A stretch of DNA of 64,000 nt from Camelus ferus. Its lineage: Eukaryota. The stretch covers positions 30,258,001-30,322,000 of the forward strand of contig NC_045697.1 of assembly GCF_009834535.1 (NCBI RefSeq), written 5' to 3'. Shown here piece by piece: positions 61,857 to 64,000 of the stretch (positions are counted from its first letter, which is position 1; every line of letters starts with the position of its first letter). The position numbers were made by a program, and so were the translations under genes. Below the pieces are notes generated by a model that saw only the letters and a program-made list of their open reading frames with translations, was not told the DNA's origin and made no database searches.

Positions 61857-64000
61857 TATCATTCTTATAAATAATATTTTTCTCTGAAAACTCCAGGATG
61901 ACCCCATGATGCTTAAGTCACAGGGTTCCAAACTAGGTAATATATAAATAAGGTCCTGGAATGATAAAATGGAAAGACTTCTTACTTGGTGTTAGGGAGC
62001 TGGATTCTGGTTGATTTGACCATTAACTTAGTCTTCTAGGCCTTGATTTTCTACATTTAAAAGATTAGTAAGTTGTTGAAATAAGTAATTGCCAAGATTC
62101 CTTCCAGTAAACATTCCATGAATATTGAGTATAGGATTTGATGCAGCTGTATTTGTCAATTATTCTACTTTAAAATTTTCACCCTAAAGGTTAACTCATC
62201 TCTTTTTTTGTAATCCTGATCATACACTTAAACATTTTTATTGGTAAAAGGAACCTCTTGCCCTCTTACTTTCTTGTTCATGTTTGTTTCTTGGGTCACA
62301 TGAGGTTCTGTGATTTGTTTCATGTACCTGGGTGAAAGTTAAAATGTAGCTACCAAAACTAGTTCTTTATGTGGAAATAATTTATGTCTATAGCTGAAAC
62401 CTCCAGATTCTGTTTAATAAGCACAATAATTTATTCTCCTTTTAAGTAAGCTTAAGAGAATTACAATGAAATGCCAAGATGCCATGCACACTTAAAGAAA
62501 AACCTCATTTTTGGAACTGCAGTGTATTTTTTGTTGGAGTACTAAGGTTTGACTGTATTGCTATATTAACTCAATTATGCTACTTAATCTTTTATTTAAC
62601 ACTTACTATGAACAAAGTGATTTTAATTTTCAAGATTATTGTAAAGGAAATGAGAATTTACCGAAAGTATTTAAATAGAGGGATCACATTGTTATCTAAA
62701 AAATTAAAATAAAGTTATAAAGTTTTATTCACTCCCTAACAAGAAAAGATAGTAATGCTTCAAGTTCGTTACTTGAATACAACACAGACTATAAAATTAA
62801 AAGCAATTTTAAGCGATTGTTCCTTAAATATTACCCTTCATAGAAGCACAGTCTAATATTAGAAGGCTTTATTAAGTTATATTTTTAGCAATAATGTGTA
62901 AAGCTCTGTATTTAAAAGTGAACATAGTCTATGAGTTTATTTTGCATATCCACGCACACATGTGCAAAGATGGATAAAAGGATGATCGTTGTAGATTCAT
63001 TAGTAGAGAGCTTGTTACATAATAGTGCATGCATAATATGGACTATCTGAAGCTGTAAAAAGAATGAGATAAGTTATGTGTTGTGAAAGGGGATTATCTC
63101 CAAGATATAATACGTTTAAAATTTGTTGGAAACTAGGTAAGGTGCTCCCCAATTATTTTGGGGTATATACGTTTAAAGGCATATATACGTTTCTTTCTGT
63201 GTCAGTTTCTTCATATGTAAGGTGGGTATGATAATGCCACTTCCCTCCTAGGGTCGTTAAGTGGATTCAGTGAATGACAAAGTGAGCACTATGTTTGTGT
63301 TAGTCATTATAAACATTTTGTGTAAATTTCTGGAAGTATATATTAGAGACTGTGCTGTAACTTTGAAGAAAGAACTAACTTGGATGATGGAAAATTTATT
63401 TTTCATTGAATATTCTTTCCTATTTATGTTTTCTGCAATATGTGTGTTTTTCAATTTAGAGTTAAAGATCATCACATGATTTTAGGGGAAATGGATATAG
63501 CAATATTATAAGTTTGTAATCATGTATGTTATTTTTATTATGAGAGCAGTACCACACAATTTCGAGGGAGAATAAAAATATTAGCATCTTAATATATTTC
63601 TCCCCCATCTGAAGTTTTAATGATAGGTATAGCTTTATATTCTACTTTCTTCAAAGTTGCTATATGGTTTTCATAATCACAATCTTAAGTAGTTGCATAC
63701 CGAGTCCATCTAATAAACATAATTTACTTAGCCCTGCTACCGAACTATCCATGTTAGTTTATTGCTGCATTTTATTTGTAGTTATTTTAGTGATGTCTTA
63801 ATGTAGATAGTTTTTCCTAGGAAAGAATTCCAGACTTAGAATTTCATAAGCGTATATGACCCCTGAAGTATTGTGATTTTGATTTTTAACCAAGAAAAGT
63901 AAGTAGTATAGTATAAGCTGTGCAGGTTTACTAGTGAGCCTGTGCAGTTTTATTAGTTTTTCTTGTTTATTTATATAAAGTGAACTACTGTTCATTTAAA

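Noticed and set aside
1..64000. Prokaryotic-type systems (CRISPR arrays, operons, IS elements) and PHOX2B coding exons
   Set aside because: The sequence is mammalian with spliceosomal introns; I saw no regularly spaced repeat-spacer array and no homeodomain-coding exon.

Overview
Mammalian genomic DNA, probably a camelid judging by the young tRNA-derived SINEs and L1 3' ends. The right end holds the CpG-island promoter and the first five coding exons of TMEM33 (+ strand, ATG at 51936; the gene runs off the window). Its third coding intron has a U12-type (minor spliceosome) GT-AG signature. The left ~25 kb has no credible protein-coding gene. It is a transposon-poor cluster of orphan CpG islands interleaved with AT-rich blocks dense in homeodomain/PBX/GATA motifs. 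From recalled human synteny (PHOX2B - LINC00682 - TMEM33, not verifiable here) this is probably the distal PHOX2B regulatory landscape plus a minus-strand lncRNA locus. It is closed on the right by same-orientation CTCF motifs (23883, 29548, weaker at 32928), followed by a repeat-dense spacer (~25-51 kb). I found no evidence for a wholly new gene system; the best leads are regulatory and splicing architecture. Repeat and CpG-island boundaries and repeat family names are by eye and approximate.
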